Position numbers and translations under genes: made by a program | DNA from: Paragordius varius | Taxonomy: Eukaryota > Animalia > Nematomorpha | Direction of reading: 5' to 3' | Length of the DNA: 64,000 nucleotides | NCBI GenBank assembly: GCA_964247055.1 | Contig: OZ176051.1 | Location: 9,610,001-9,674,000 of the forward strand | The notes under the pieces: generated by a model | What the model was told of the DNA's origin: nothing | The model's database searches: none | What the model saw: only the letters and a program-made list of their open reading frames with translations | Shown: one piece after another, positions 25,888 through 38,680 of the stretch | Layout: each line of letters opens with the position of its first letter | Position numbering within the stretch: position 1 is the first letter of the stretch

Positions 25888-26722
25888 GGGTTAAATAATA
25901 TAATAGATGAATCATTGGTTTGATTAATTATTTTTAAACACAAAAATATGTTCAAGGACCGGATTGAAAGTTTAAAAACCAACTTGAAATGTTTAACAAC
26001 CAATATAAAATATTGAAGAAGCTCTTGAAGTGTAAATGACATATATAGATATAAATAATGCTATTTTTAATAAACAGATTAGAATAAAAAAATATCTTTT
26101 AATATACTTTTCCATATGATGCCCGATAAAAGGTTGGGTGTTGAGTACCATACAAACCTTCAAATCGTTCAATAAAAGTTTCTACATCCAATTCGGCATT
26201 GTGAGCATGCTCTGTTAAAGATAAGGTTTGGCGATTGATGGGTATCATGGATGCTAAAAGAAAAAATATTTACATGTAAAACAATTTATATATTTTATAT
26301 AAAAATGCTATATAATATACTAAAAAATTGTAAGAATGCCATAACAGCATAATAGAAAAAACGAGCAGGGATAAATAGCCAGTTTAAAATTCGACTAGAT
26401 ATGGATGGTGATGAGGTTTGAAAGGGCGAAATAATATGATACCTAAAAATTAAAAGGTTAATACATTCTTGATATATATTCCAAGTAAGAATTTGAAAAA
26501 TCTGAAGATAAATCAGGCGATGTATTTGGGTTTTGTGCAGCACCATTGTTAAATGCAGCATCTACAGCATCATCTATATTCCAATTATGCCCAATCAAAA
26601 TGTTTTTACAATGCTGCATGTCTGTTAACCCCGTCAAATCCTGATATAACATAAATATTAACCTGAAATTGCAGGATCAAATTTATTTTTTCATTGCTTA
26701 GTTCTCTGAACAGCTCGTCCAT
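21248..26722 (-). CDS. FAF2: FAS-associated factor 2 / UBXD8 (UBA, hydrophobic hairpin, UAS, coiled coil, UBX); about 10 exons
   Basis: Exons 26663-26722 (…LILQFQ), 26465-26640 (DLTGLTDMQHCKNILIGHNWNIDDAV), 26321-26442 (WLFIPARFFYY), 26108-26253 (FIERFEGLYGTQHPTFYRASY), ~24290-24560 (ALRDAK..YLIVYLH..CDAFCRNIL..LMWAC), ~23615-23990, ~23385-23467, ~22984-23148 (LRRQQDEALQQALEEDK), ~22340-22590 (IIIKLPNGKRIE) and 21248-21697 (HYPRQIIPC...TFADVGL). The junction around 24000-24290 is unresolved. Confidence 0.92.
26443..26464 (-). other. 22-nt GT-AG intron (FAF2 intron 2)
   Basis: GTATTAACCTTTTAATTTTTAG; required to keep the frame between the UBA exon and the hydrophobic-hairpin exon. Confidence 0.8.
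26641..26662 (-). other. 22-nt GT-AG intron (FAF2 intron 1)
   Basis: GTTAATATTTATGTTATATCAG; removal gives the conserved LQFQ|DLTG. Confidence 0.9.
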
Positions 26723-28209
26723 AACATATGTATTGTGGATGAAATAGAAGTCATATGGGTATCCCTTTTCACTTTTTGTCCGCGATAACATATTGGGCAT
26801 GTTTTTTTTATCCCAAAGCCAATCCTGTTACCTAATCTTTAAAAGGTTTTATTATAAAATATAATTATTAAACATTGTCCTCCCGCATTAGAAGGCTGAT
26901 ATTTTTAGCATTTTTGTAACTTCTAGGTCTTATGGGACAGCTAGAAAACACGGTGAAAATAAACTGATGATTTTATTAATTAATATCAGATTTTTGCTGA
27001 TAAAATGTTGGAAAGATTATTAATATACGTTTCCTAACCATATTGATTTGCCTAAGCAGTAGTTTTTATAGAAATAATGGCGAAAAGATTAATTAAGGGT
27101 TTTATATTACATTTATTAAAAAAGTTATATGAAGCATGGGACTTGGAAGTTTAAAGCATTTCGACCCCAAATACCTCAAATACTTTTTAGTGCTTTAAAA
27201 TTTCGAATGCCATGGGATGTAAAACTAACCCAAAAGGTTACGAGTGCTAAAAATATATTTTTCAGTGAACACTTAATTATTTATTTTTTTATATTAGAGT
27301 CTGGGTGTTTCTTACATTAAGGCTTGAACTTGTAAATTAACTTGTGTTTAGAGAGTTGTGTTGGTTAAAATATCTCTTTATTAATAAAATGACTAATATT
27401 CAGTTTTCTTCCACACGGATATCTAACACATGACTCGCGGGCCGTATTAAAAAGATATATGGGCATTCAAAAGTATTTTATTAGATTCAAAGAATGCGAA
27501 AACCATTTGCAGTTTAAAATGTATCTTTGAACATTTTAAATTGGTCCTTTAACTATTTTATTTTGTTTTAAAATTTTATCAATCAAATTATATATCATTC
27601 ATCCTTTTATTTTCGTATTTTCTATAAAAAAACTTAACAGTATCAATGTTTTAATCATTCAGAAACTGTATATATTTTTTATTTGTTTAAAAATTATTTT
27701 AACTATTTAAAACATTTTTACACCTAATTAAAATATATATGAGTTTCCTGGGTTATTATCAGGGTTTTTAAATAAAAAATATTATTTAAAATGAAAATAT
27801 ATAATTAACACTTCGATTCAAATTGGGATATCTAAATACCCCAGACTAAATTTTAGATAAGATTTTGAAAAAACTACTGGTTGAAACGGCCCAATTTAAA
27901 TTTATGCTTCTATCCTAATAAAAATTATATAAATATGCCAAAATATCAAAAAATTTGTTTTGAAAAAAAAGTTCCATGTCAAACTACTTCGACGCCCTTT
28001 ATATTTTACAAGAGTTTTGCAATATATCGCCTTCATTTTATTTTAAGGGTAAAATTAAAGCTAATTTTTTATTTAAAATACATCTAACCTTGATAAAAAT
28101 AAATAAAGCGATTTATTCTGTATTATCAATTCAACCATTGCACACATGTCACGATGACTAAATTTTTACCTTTTGTTTTAGCTTAAAATAAGTAATATCA
28201 AGTATTTTT

Positions 28210-28745
28210 GAATGATTTTTAAATATTTCGGTTTATTAATATTATATAAGTGCAAAATTTTGCAATGGTTTCAATTCCTTTCATATTTTTTAAAGAAATT
28301 AATTTTAAAAAGGCCTGGGGTATTTAACTACCCCAATTTGAAAAAGACTAAAATGAATGTGTTGTATCCAAGTGTTAATCAAGAGAAGGATGTTAAAATA
28401 AAAAAAACATCTAAAATTATAGTTAAATTAAAATTTAAAAATTTTAAGGACCAATTTGAAGTGTTTAAAGACCAATGAATGTTCAAATAACTTGAAATGT
28501 TGGAGAACACACTTGAGTTCAAGGACACTCTTGAAGTGCAAAAGCAATTTTTTTTGGTTTGCTCCCAATCGGAAAGATTTGACCCCTGGATATAATACAT
28601 TCATCTCACTTCGACTTAGATTGGGGTAGTTTACCCCAGGCTTGTTTAAAATAAATTATTTCAAAAAATGAAAAAAATTGAAACCATGGTAAAAGTTGAA
28701 TTTAAATAATATAATGAACCGAAATATGTAAAATTATTCAAAAAA
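28210..28745. mobile_element. MITE with long TIRs (related fragment at ~1515-1700)
   Basis: The arm at 28255-28345 (caatggtttcaatt...aaggcctggggtatttaactacccc) is the reverse complement of 28620-28700. The same motifs recur at 1520-1690. Confidence 0.7.
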
Positions 28746-29939
28746 AAGATTATTTATTCAAAGAAAACCTAAAGGTAAAAATTTAGCCAACATATGAAAA
28801 ATGGTCTCTAAGTTTGATACGAAACCTTTTTAAACTAATTTTTTTAGATATTGTGGATTATTTATATAATTTATTTGAATTTAAATTGGAACCGTTTCTT
28901 TCAGTTTTATATATATCAGCTAAATTATTGTCTGTGTTTTATATACCCCAATTGGAAATCAAAGTGTGAGGAAATTGTAAAAAAATAATCCTTCATTAAC
29001 ACTCCATTACCTTTGGGGTAGTTCTATATCCCAAAGATATTAAAATTTAAGCATCAAAAATAAAGTTTATAGCCGAAATTAATCATATGATTTCTTTAGC
29101 CTTTTTGTGCCTTATACAAAGAATTTTTAAAAAAAGGAAATTTGTAAAAATTTATCATCTCAAACTTTTTTCGCCATTTTTTATAAAAAAATTTTAAATG
29201 GCTATTGTCACAGGCCAATATGTGTTTTGGTTAGAAAATGTATTAATTATCTTAAGAGGCTTTCTGGCTAAACTACAACAAAAACTTGATATATTTTGAT
29301 TTTATTATCAGCTGTTTGTTTTAATAATGTGTTGGTCCCAATTTTGGACTCTTAAAGTCAAAAAACTTTGGAAAATATAAGCTTTTTATCTAATACATGA
29401 CAACAACATGTGATTATTGTTTAGCCAAAATAACTTTCAAATTGTTTATTTCCAAAGCTCTGAGATATAAAGCTACCCCAAAGGTAAATTAGGCGAAAAA
29501 ATGAAAAGGTAATAAATTGTCAATATTAGGTATATTTATGCAACTTTTAAAATACGTATTTATTTTTCCTAATTTTTGCGGGCTGCACATAACATTATAG
29601 AGAATACGTGTTTGAAAAGTATTTCTATAATAACTGTTTATATACTGTTTCCATCATGCTTCAAAGTAGCATTAATCTCCCTTCGATAAAATTAATATTT
29701 ATATTAAAATTTAAGCAAAATATCCAATTTTTCAAGACATCCGACCCTAACTTAATTTTGAATTGAAAATTGTTGATTTATTTTAAGTTAATAGTAATAA
29801 ACACTTCATTACCTTTTCACTTTTTTGTCTTATGACATTTTCGGTTATCTCAGAGCTCAATTTTATAAATAAACTACAGTTTTGAAAGTTATTTCCATTT
29901 AAAATTTAATTGTTAAATATTGTTATCATTTGTATTAGA

Positions 29940-30215
29940 TAAGTGGTTTTCAAAAGGGGGCAACGCACCCCAAGGGCGAAAGGGGGCGCTAAAAATTTGT
30001 AGAATTTAATTTAAAAAAAACTAGAAACAAATTGAAGGATTTGAAGTACCAATTAATGTTACCTATATGGAAAAGATTCTTTAAAACAGATATAAAAATT
30101 TTGATTAGAATTATAATATATTGTACATTTTTATCTTCCATTTTTTTAAAGTGGGGCTCAAGTATTTTTTTTCAATTTGGTGGGGCGTGAACAAAAAAAA
30201 GGTGGGAACCGCTGT
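29940..30215. mobile_element. hAT-type MITE (inverted relative at ~18160-18460)
   Basis: Ends aagtggttttcaaaagggg...ggtgggaaccgctg resemble CAGTGGTTCCCAA-type TIRs; the internal ggggcgctaaaaat and aaaaaaagg motifs are shared with 18160-18460. Confidence 0.55.
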
Positions 30216-30249
30216 ATTATATATAAAAGCTTGCATTTTATACATTTTT

Positions 30250-30620
30250 TTGCTTTCCAAAGTCTAAAATTGGGACATCCAATATACGATTGAAATGAAC
30301 AGCTGATATTAAAATAAATTGTATTAATTGCTGGTAAAATATAGTATGAAAGCCTTTTAAAATTAATTATTTACATTTAGTAATTATAATATACATTTAT
30401 TTGCCTGTTGCATCGATTAAAAAAATTTATATAGAAAAATGGCGGCAAAAAAGTTCGAGTTGAGGATTTTTTTGCATTTTACTTTTTTTAAAAAAATATT
30501 ATGCCCCTAAAAGACTAAAAAAAGCATTTACAATTCTAATACCTTAAATATAAAGATATACAAAATTTCAAATCGCTCTGGGTTACAAAAGTACCCCAAA
30601 AGGTAATAGAGTTTTAAGTA
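30250..30620. mobile_element. Dispersed repeat with TTAA-type (piggyBac-like) end; relatives at ~14690-14990 and ~58310-58640
   Basis: Shared blocks aacagctgat, tatacatttatttgcctgttg, aaaatggcggcaaa and a terminal accccaaaagg...ttaa. Confidence 0.5.
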
Positions 30621-31942
30621 TAAAAAAGGAAATTTTTTTATTCTTGCTGTAAAATTAAACGTTTCAATGTTATATTCAGAAATATCTAAGACGCCACCCT
30701 AATCTGGCACTGTTATAATTACCGTTTTCGAAAACATTAGGATGATAGAGCGTAATATAAAAATTTATTCAAACTCTACGTAATTTTAAGCATACGCTAA
30801 GTTTAACTAAAAGAAGTATATGATAACGTGTACCATAATAATATTTACTTGCATTTTGTATATGTTTTAGTCAATATACACTATTTTTTAAGCTCCAAAT
30901 TAATCCAAACATAGTTCCAAAAGTAATATATTATAAGGCCTAATCCCTAAATTATATATTCGGAGAAGAATTTTTAGTTTCATATTACTTTCGGGTTGCG
31001 AGTTTAAAGTTATAACTTACCATACCAAATTTCAATTTTTAATCCTGCGTATGAAAATAATTTCCGAATTCCAGACGGATTGATTTGCATCTCATATCAA
31101 TTTATACAGTGTTTTTTAACTTAAATTTTAATGAGCTCCATAATCTCATATTCTATAAAACTGTTATATACGATAAATGAATGTTATTATATGGTTAATT
31201 AATTCGCAAAAATAGTGGATTAGAACTGGAACCAACTAGCTTCTCAATCGGGTTTTGAAAAATCCAGCATAACCGATTGCGCTAAAGTAAATCAACTTTT
31301 TATAGTTTCACTTTTACAAGAATCAACTTGGTTGTTCATATTTGGAACTATTATCATATATTTAAACAATTCTCAACATATACGATTAAAATATTTATGA
31401 ATATTTCAAAAAAGATATAAACATAATAACCAATAGCAAAATATTTTTTAGCTATAGATTTATGTGGGCGCATTGGATTATTAAGACATGAGAGTTTTAA
31501 AACAGAAAATATTTTATTTTTAATTTGACATTGGAGATAAATTTATTATAATGTATAAATATTAAAAATAAAATATATTCTTTAGTCTTACTCGAGATAT
31601 ATTATTTTTGCATATGAAGAAGGAATATGCCTTAAATTCTATTAGCCATCATGTGAGAAAAAATTATTAATTTGCTAAATTTGCGATTTTATATTAAAAT
31701 ATTCTTATAAATATGGGGGCTTGTCGAAAAAAGGATGAGCCGAACTCAGAATAATACCTAAACACTTAAAATAGGAACCGGATCGGTTTAGGGTGGTCAA
31801 ATTTTATGAAATCAATTTTTTGTATCAAAATATCTATCTACTTATCAATTTGATCGATGGCCAGCAACATTGATGTGTTTAATTTGAATGTAGGGCGATT
31901 GTTTATTATTATTAACTTATAATATATTTGTGGTTTACATAC

Positions 31943-32170
31943 CATTTACAGTTCAGATTCACCCTTAAACAATTCAGATTCACCCAAATGAATTATGTGT
32001 TTTCGGGCTAATATAACTCATAATATGAATGGCACTATTAATTATTCGGTATTACATTAATTTTAAACAAAATTTATTTTTTTAAATATAAAAAAATATA
32101 ATTAATCTTAAAAAACACTTAATTTATTTTAGGGTGAATTTAAATTGTTCGGAATTTGAATTGTTAAATT
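31943..32170. mobile_element. Foldback MITE family, copy 1 (subterminal ~21-bp repeats)
   Basis: tttacagttca.attcaccctt.aacaattc ... gggtgaattt.aattgtt; same family as 39388, 49365 and 61799. Confidence 0.7.
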
Positions 32171-33239
32171 TGCACTTTAAACAATTAAACAAGTAAAGGG
32201 TGTAGCGTCGGAAGATCGTCGGCCACCTGCCGTCAAGGCAATCCCTACCCACCCGTAATACATTGTGCTTCAGAGCGGGGAAACACATCGAGAGTTGGGG
32301 TTGACGTTAGTATCTACATACATAAATAAATGCCTTCATGTTAGATGTGTTAATGGGAGTTAGTATAGTTAATAAGCTATATATATATATATTTTAAAAG
32401 AAATGTTAATTTCGCATTGTTAAGTAGGTAAAAGCAATATTTGAAACCGTACAAACAGGGTTTGATTACTCCAAAAAGTAATGTCAAAGGTCTATGTCGG
32501 GTCAAATGTAGAGTTAATTTTAAGCTCTTATCTTTGGTGTGGAAGGGGGTCTTCTTTTGCTTCTAAATGAGTATGGCCTTTAGGTAAACCAATTTTGGAG
32601 ATATTAGACATTACAAGCGTCAACGTTATTCCTTCGTGCGACCATGTTTCAGTTGTACCTTTAACTGGGTCGCTAACCCGGGATAAGTGGTCGTTGAGCT
32701 TGCTCTGAGCTAAGTCTCAACTCTGACCAACAGAGATGTCGGAGATTGGTAACCAGCCCTGAAATATCAGCGGCTCCAACATTGCTTTCCAGGACGTTGT
32801 ACCACAATAATTGGCTAATAGTCTACTCAGAGTCGCGTCTTGCATGCTTTATACATTCAGTGGTACATTTTGTTCGTGAGATATCTGTGGGAAGCAGTCT
32901 ATATTCTTAACTAACTGTATAGGTGTTTACTGTAAAGGGTATATTTCATATAACACTTATGAGATAAAATAAAATTTACTTCAAATAGAATAGCGGGAAA
33001 ATCGCTGCTTTAGAGTACCAAGAATATTTTAATGAAACTAGGGTGGTTATTGAAAAAGCGGAACCAGAATAAAATATGCTTTAATCAAACCAGTGCTGAA
33101 ATCGTAACGAGATTCAAGTTAAAGGTGGTTTTAATTACTGTTGGGAGCTTTGTTAATAACATTGTGAATAATAATGATTACTGTGATATCATTCTTTTGA
33201 ACATACTTTCGCAAATCGCCATAGAACCCTATCTCTGGC

Positions 33240-33945
33240 GTTTGTTTTAGGTTCATATTTGCCATTTCTCTTATGACCTTAACTATCCTTCGCGTTTTAA
33301 AGCGCCTTTCCCTCATACCTTCTACCATATATTCATCATAATTTTTACCGATAAAGTTACCATCTTTTCTTTCTGTATGTCCAAACTATATACGATTTAA
33401 TATCACCAGTGTTATCGGTTTGATTTCTGACACTACTTATCAATCTATTCTCATTTCATCGATTGAATAATTCTGAATCCTGATTTCTTTAGTGCATATG
33501 TCTGTGAGTTATACATTATTGTTGGCTGTACAACTGCACCTAAATTCTTACCCTTAACTTTGAAGTTTTTTATCGCATAAACATTTGAGATCTTTTTATA
33601 ATTTGTTACACTCTTTCAATCCTTAATATCATGCGTTAAAGAACCATCTGCATTGTGACATTCTAATTCTCGTTTCCATCAAAAGTTTAAGTTCCGTTCT
33701 CCTTTTATTAACTTTTACCCACCGCTGTAACATACATTTGCTCACCTATTTTCTCAATTAATGACACCCCTTTGACAGCATTTTAAATTATCTGCATAAA
33801 GCAAATCAAACACCACATTGCCCACTTCTTTTGAAACGTCCATGCATATACTATTTATGAACGGATATATTGATGACCCCTTATAGACGCCTAGGTTAAT
33901 ATATATTATATCTATAAAATATGCTGTTGAAACATAAAATTCCAA
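33240..33945 (-). mobile_element. Degenerate RTE-clade non-LTR retrotransposon, 3' part of RT
   Basis: GVYKGSSIYPF...DLLYADNL (GVHQGS..P / LLYADD), then a frameshifted KVKGK...VVQPTIMYNSQTYALKK and VEGMRERRFKTR (VEGKRPRGRP..RW), all typical of RTE. Confidence 0.75.
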
Positions 33946-34141
33946 ATTTAAAATAAAAAAATGTTCAAATTTTCCAGATAAATCTTAATATCGGAATTAT
34001 TTTGTTAAATAATTTAATTTGACTGAAGTTAAAGGGAATATACAATTAAAAAAGATGATTTTGTGTTTTAAGCTTTGCTTGTATTTTTTGTGGAAATTTG
34101 ACGAATAACATAAAATTTGGCAACAAATTAGTATACTTAAC

Positions 34142-37100
34142 ATGCGGTCATTAACTATTTTTTTGTTATTGTTTGTTTTAAATATATTTGCGTCGCATGT
34201 ACATTTGATTGCAATCCGTTATTAATTTTATTGAAGATATTTAATGAAATTGGAATCAACTAAAAGTACATCCTAAAATATAGAGGCCACTTAAAGTATC
34301 GTGTCACAAAAGTATTTTGCTATCCATATTCATTAATGTATTTTTGCCAACCTGTTCTAAATCTATTATTGTGTTGAAAAAAGATGGAGAAATGCCCTCT
34401 TTGGAAAGTGAAATTCATGAAACTAGAATAGGAAATGCCAGAGCTGTAGGCGGTATGCGCACGAAAATTGCAAAATATCCCTTTGTAGTTTCCATACGTG
34501 TCCAAGACAAATTTTTGTGTGCCGGAATCATTTTGAAACCTAATTTCATTCTAACCGTCGCTCATTGCATAAAACCCGGGTATTTTGTAAAAAACATATC
34601 ACAAAATTAGGACTGTTATTTTACATATTAAATATTAAGATATCCACACAATTGGTATACAATCCATGTTAAAAGGACCAAGAAATATGGACCTGAAAAA
34701 GATGAAAGAACATATACGATATCAAAAGTAGCAATTCATGAGAATTATGTTAGAGATGATGGTAGTCCTCATCATTTGGTGCCTGGAAAGGGTGTTGGAG
34801 ACCCGCCCAAAATTAAACATGACAATGATATTGCACTCATTATGCTAAATGATTCCATAAAATTTGGGGCCAAGGCGAGTGCGGCCCACCTGCCTCAAAC
34901 TAATGAACAACTGGCCCCAGGAACGTATTGTTGTGTGGTAGGTTGGGGCGAAACTCTGGGTATGTTTATAAAAAATAGTTTCTACATAAATTGTTTCTTA
35001 TAGTAGTGAAAAAAGAAAGAAAAATTAGAATTTTATTGGTTCTAGCTTAAATCTAGTGCTGCTACGCAGTCCGAGGAAGTCCTTCGGACTTCTGGGGGGG
35101 AGTGGCATTAAAAGGGACAATGAAATGATCCATATATGTGGATTTCGAAACATTATTTAATAGCTATGATCTCATAGGATTTTCAAAACGGTGATTTCAT
35201 ACTAATATATGTAAAGGCCCCAAATTGACGGCTAATGGAAAAAATCGTATACTATAATTTTTACCTTTTTATGGGTTATATTTAAAGCCTTTATTGAACT
35301 CGTATGACTTCTTAAATTTTTTGAAAATTATCTCCAAAGCCATTTTTGTATGGCGTCTCAGTTTTAAACCGGTAGACCCCTACACCTAGGCCTATATGGA
35401 AAAAGCGCTAAGTTAAATTTTTCGCCTTTATAGGGAAAATATTTGGAATCATCTTTGAGACCTCATCTCGTGGGTTATTCGAAAAAATACCTCAACACTA
35501 AATAATCGTTAGATGATGGCGTATTTTTACGGCATAAAGGTCCCAAATTAACGGCTAATAAAAAAAGGCCTGACCTTTTTACCTTGTTACAGGTAATATT
35601 TCGAACTTCAAATGAGCTCATATGGCATAAGTTTGTTATTAGTTCCAAAACAACGCAATTTCTATATAGTGGCAGTGTTTTTGGGTGGTAGTTTCTTATC
35701 AGAGGCAGGTATAAAAAAGCGTCGGGCAAAATTTTGTCTTTATATTGGGAATATCTGGAATTTAATGTGTATATGTTCCTATAAGTACTTGGAAATATTG
35801 CTTCAAAACCAAAAAATTGTTCTATGGGGGCGAATATTTTAGGGCGTAAACTTTTCTTAACTTATTGAAATAACCCCCCATACTAAAATTTTTGTTTTTT
35901 AAGGGGAAATAAATATTTTAGGCCCTTATTCTCAGATAGTCTCATAATTTTTCTGAAATTTGGCTCCATAGGCATGCTGTATCGATATAGCGACGCATTT
36001 TTACGCGGGTAACCCCCTACCCAAAGCCTATTTAACCGCTAATTTAAAAAATCCGCTCGACTTAAATATTTGCCTTTTTACGGGTAATATTTCAGGCCCT
36101 TATACTACTTATATGGCCTGATTTCTGATTAACTCCTAAACAACGCAATTTTGATATAGTGGCGCAGTTGCTGACGGGTAGCTCCCTATCCAGAGGTCAA
36201 TATAACAAAACATTCTATAATATTTCTTGCCTTTATATGGGAATACCTGGATCATCATTCATTCCATATACTCTCATTAGTTTTCGGAAAATTGCCTCAA
36301 AGTTAAAAATAGTTTAAAGGTAAAGGGCCTATTTAATCGCTAATTCAAAAAAACTCGACTAAAATTTTTGCCTTTTTACGGGTAATATTTCAGTCCCTTA
36401 AAAAACTCATATGGCCTGATAATTTTCTGAAAATTAACTCCCAAACAACGCAATTTTGATATGGTGGCGCAGTCGTAGGTGGGTAGCTCCCTACCCAGAA
36501 GCTGTTACAAAAAAGTGCCTGATTAATTTGCCTTTTTACGGAGAATACCTTGAGTCATGATTGATTCCATATGCTCTCATTAGTTTTCGGAAAAATTGCC
36601 TCAAAATTAAAAAATTATTCTATGGTGGCGCATTTTTTAGGGCGTGAAGGGCCTAATTAACGGCTAATTTAAAAAAACCGCACAATCTAAATTTTTGACT
36701 TTTTACGGGTAATATTTTAGCACGGATTGAACTCATTTGGCCTGATAGGTTTTCCAAAATTTAGCCCTAAAGGCACGCTATTTCGATATGACGGGGCAGT
36801 TAGAGGGTATCTCCTTACCCAGCAGCCAATATAAAAAATACGCACGAATTTTTACCTTTAAACAGGGATTACCTGGAATCCTCATTGAAATTATACGGTC
36901 TCTTACCTTGGGGAAAAAACCGATACAAAAAATTATTTTTGTGGACTTGAAAAAATGGCATTTTACGGAGGGAGCGGGTAAAAAGAGGGTCAATTAAAAG
37001 AGCGAGACGACTATGTTCGGAGCAATCGAAAATAGGTAAAAATCATATTTAAAATCGAATGGAACCCATTTTCCGGAAAATTATCTTAAAGACACTTTGT

Positions 37101-38455
37101 GGACTTATGTTTTCAAAAAAACCCGTTTTTTACACGGGGTGGACCCGAACTGGGGGCCTAAATCAAAAAAAGAGCGAAGCTATTGTCGGGGCATCAGTAA
37201 TGATTATACATTTGGATTTGAATAGGTCTACCGGTTTTCCGGAAACAGATAACAAAGCCACCACTTTCCATTTTTATAAATATATAGATTACTGCATTTA
37301 TCAATAGGCCATTATAGTATTTATACTTAACATAAATTAGGGGTTTATTATGACTTGATGATTTATAACCAAAAATTCCCACATGGTGAAAATCAATATT
37401 ATGATATAGATATATTTATTTAAGGGTAAGCTAATACGTTCTCTACAGTGTATTAGAGACTTTAACACTCCCCCGGTTAAATAGCTCTAACGTCCCTTAA
37501 AAAATACCAGAAAAACAGTATTATTTTTGTATAAGTATGTGGGTCCATAGGAGTTCCAAGATTCATTATATATTTCTTTTTTCTTTGTTAAAATACTGTT
37601 AAGAAAAATGATTGCTTTTTTATTTTGTTATAGGTACTGAAGCGTCTAATTTATTGTAGATAAATAATAATTTTTACATATAATATTTGTGGGTGTGTAA
37701 AGGATATGGTGATACAAACGAATTAAACGAAATATGCATAGCTACCTGGAGCCGAGCCAAGTGTAATCAGAGAGAATTTCATGATGGAAAAGTAACCAAA
37801 AACATGATTTGTGCCGGAGAAGAAATAGGGGGCATTGATTCATGCATGGTAAAGTTCATTTTATTAAAATTATTTAACATAAGTTTACGTTCAAAAAAAT
37901 AACGCCATATTTTCTCAGAAAGATAACCGAAAAAGGTTAAACCTTAAAAACATATGATTCGCTTATATTGATTATAAATACCTAACAATTTTATAATTCA
38001 ACTTTAAATTGTTAATATTTCACGTATGTGCTTTTAAATTGCTTCACCGCAATGGTTTGTCGAATTTAGCGTAAAGGGTGTGTGTCTTTTATTAAATTTT
38101 TAATTTGTTTATGCTTCATCCCCATACAAATATCTTATTTTCGATTTACTACAAAATAGTTAGGCCCGATATCGATTGAGATTTTTTTGGAGAGAACTAT
38201 TGGTTTGTATTGCTTTTAAAACAAATATAACGGAAATTACTATCAATATTATAGGGCGATTCAGGAGGCCCTCTGTATTGTGATAAAGGAACCGGTGTTC
38301 GGAAAGTGTGGGGACTCGTATCATGGGGTCAAGGCTGCGCTCAACAAAGTAAACCAGGTGTTTATACTGATGTCTCACAAAAACTTTCATGGATTGAAGC
38401 ACAAATCAAAAAAATGTCAATTAATCACGATAAAATATTAAGGCAAACAAAATAA
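34142..38455 (+). CDS. Secreted trypsin-like serine protease (S1A)
   Basis: Signal peptide [17 protein letters not shown] from 34142; RAVGG...[19 protein letters not shown] (His); NDIALIML (Asp; exon 34640-34959); GWGETL; [14 protein letters not shown] (~37715-37849) | GDSGGPL...[19 protein letters not shown] (38255-38455). Triad intact, Asp189 present. Two splice junctions are uncertain. Confidence 0.92.
35053..37288 (-). mobile_element. Non-autonomous Helitron-like element with internal tandem subrepeats, in a protease intron
   Basis: 5' end A|TCTATATATTTATAAAAATGG at 37288; 3' GC-rich hairpin AGTCCGAGGAAGTCCTTCGGACT (35068-35090), 11 nt from a CTAG ending at 35053. The base after CTAG is A rather than the usual T. 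The interior has ~155-bp monomers. Confidence 0.7.
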
Positions 38456-38610
38456 GTTACGGATAAATCATAAAAATAAACATTTATTATTATTATTTAT
38501 ATGTTTATTGGAGATAATATTGCGAGATTCATTGGATAAAATGCCGGAGTAAATAAATTATTTTAAAAACATATAAATGTTAGTCACAATCGATAATTAT
38601 CACAGATTTC

Positions 38611-38614
<4 letters not shown>

Positions 38615-38661
<47 letters not shown>
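38615..38661. repeat. (TA)n microsatellite; others at ~8237, ~17747, ~25850, ~39142, ~40107, ~51070, ~52022, ~61208
   Basis: Direct reading of long TA runs. Confidence 0.95.
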
Positions 38662-38667
<6 letters not shown>

Positions 38668-38680
38668 AGTTTATTTCATG

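Noticed and set aside
36138-36800. Regularly spaced repeats suggesting a CRISPR-like array
   Set aside because: The units are 150-310-bp degenerate tandem repeats without unique spacers, in a eukaryotic intron, with no cas genes.
35475-37382. Cluster of 60-85-aa ORFs, mirrored at 60021-60470
   Set aside because: They derive from Helitron subrepeats; there is no Rep/Hel or captured-gene similarity that I can recognise.
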